From the human T2T-CHM13v2.0 reference genome, Homo sapiens: DNA of 64,000 bases. Numbering within the stretch: the stretch's first letter is position 1; every line of letters begins with the position of its first letter. Location of the stretch: the NCBI RefSeq assembly GCF_009914755.1, contig NC_060925.1; one strand, 5' to 3'. A program made the position numbers and the translations under genes. Under the pieces are notes generated by a model. The model searched no databases and had not been told where the DNA came from. It worked only from the letters and a program-made list of their open reading frames with translations. Positions 59,399 through 64,000 of the stretch are shown one piece after another.

Positions 59399-59489
59399 CT
59401 GCTCAGGCAGTAGTCTGTCCTGCGTGTTTCTTTTAACTGGTTCCTGCTCAGGCAGTAGTCTGTCCTGCGTGTTTCTTTTAACTGGTTCC
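59399..59489. repeat. Perfect 45-bp tandem duplication
   Basis: tgctcaggcagtagtctgtcctgcgtgtttcttttaactggttcc twice (59400-59444 and 59445-59489), identical. Confidence 0.98.
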
Positions 59490-59553
59490 CGGAGGCCTGG
59501 TCTTGTGGCTGAGAGTCCTATCTTCCCTATTTCCTTAAAGTAATGATTGTTAG

Positions 59554-60541
<988 letters not shown>

Positions 60542-60834
60542 TTAAAAATCTTTAAAATATATTTTAAAATAAAAAAGATAAAGGATACAGAGATGTCTCA
60601 TAAACCAGGCACAGGGATGCAACAAGACGCTGACGAAGATCTGGATTCAGTGAGTAGGCTGCCACTAGGATGCTCTACCTTTCTCATCTGTGTTATTTCT
60701 CTGTTTCAACACAAACAGGCCTGTTCTGCCCCACACAGCAGAAAATGCCCACGATGCAATACCAGAGTCTGCATGGGACCATTTCAACAACCCTTAGAAG
60801 CTGACTCAGCTGTCTCCTGGCCCTGACTTTTCTA

Positions 60835-61377
<543 letters not shown>

Positions 61378-61614
61378 CTAAGACATTTATTCACTTATTC
61401 CATAAATACTTATTAAGTACCTAGTACGTGATGGTATTTGTGGAAGCTGCACAATGACTGGCCAGTGGTGGAGGCTCAGTAAGTTGGAGTCACTTAAAGC
61501 TCTGCCTTCCAGGTGTGCACAACTAAGTTGATGCTCCACACAGGTGCTTCTGCTCTTGTGGTCTGTGTGCATTCTGAAAATCTAGGAATGCAAACAAGGT
61601 GCCACAGCTATCTA

Positions 61615-62279
<665 letters not shown>

Positions 62280-62639
62280 TTAGTGGATTTAAACAGCAAC
62301 AGCTTATTATTTCTCATGATTTTGTGGACTGACTGGGCAGTTCTGCCCCACATGATGGCAGCTGGGGTGACTCATGCGGCAGCATTCAGCTGGACACATG
62401 GCTGGGCCATTCTCTCCATATGGTGTTGCATCCTCCTCTGTCTCCTGAAGGATAGCTTGGACTTCCTTATAGCGTGGTGGCTGGGTTCCAATGGGGAGCG
62501 TTCCAAGGGGACAATCCTCATGTGGAAAAGCTTATCAAGCCTAGTTATATCAATGCAAATCATTCTGGATTTAAGTTGCTTTGTCTCTTGATTGCTCATG
62601 AACATTCCTATGTGAGTAAATATTCTTCCCAATGTGATT

Positions 62640-63394
<755 letters not shown>

Positions 63395-64000
63395 CCAACA
63401 TGATTTTGAATGGCTGACTGATAGACCATCATTGATTGAACCAATCTCCTCTTGATGAGTAATTAGGCAGTTTTCATTTGGAGGCAGTTATAAACAACTC
63501 TATGAAGGACAGCTTTGTGCCAAGAACTCAGTACATATCGTTGTAGTAGAAGGATTACAGGGCCAAAGGACAGGTGAATTTTTAAAGCTTTGCCAAATTT
63601 CCCTTCAGAAAAAATGGTACATTTTGCACTTTTATCGGCTGTAAAGAGACCTGCTCTTTCGAAGTCTTCTGGTCAATACTGGGTGTGGTTTGTCTTTTCA
63701 GTCTTTGTCAATCGAAAAATGGTGTTTTATCATTGTCTTCAAAAGAGAGAAGATTAGAAGTAAGTTACCCAGAGCCAGATGCTTAAGAAGAGTTCTCGTC
63801 TTTTACTCTGAGGTAGCCCGAATAAATCAGCAGGGTCGAGGCCGGGGCAATGCAAAGTGTCTCTCTGCACAATGTCAGGCTATTAAATGCACAGTGTCCC
63901 TCTGCCCGCTGACTCAGGCTGTAAAATTGGAGCATGGTGCTGACAACAGTGCTCATGGCTGTGGGGATGAGGTCACTGTGTCCTCACTGTGCGGTCGACT

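Overview
Human genomic DNA containing the complete SLC2A1 (GLUT1 glucose transporter) gene on the minus strand: 10 exons with GT-AG introns, a 1479-nt CDS (492 aa; ATG at 49121, TGA at 17509-17511), and a TATA/CCAAT/GC-box promoter in a CpG island (~48.3-49.7 kb). Positions 1-14.2 kb are stacked transposon relics (ERVL provirus fragment with MLT2 LTR, old L1M elements, a solo LTR12, many Alus). An orphan CpG island with promoter motifs sits just past the SLC2A1 3' end. Intron 1 holds a sense-oriented ATP6V0C retro-pseudogene that seems to keep a splice acceptor and its AATAAA, so it could act as an alternative terminal exon of SLC2A1; this is the most interesting candidate. Upstream are the probable divergent lncRNA SLC2A1-DT, an enhancer-1-like CArG/MARE/HRE cluster and a perfect 45-bp tandem duplication. 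Repeat family names, SNP identities and literature links come from memory, not database searches; repeat boundaries are approximate.
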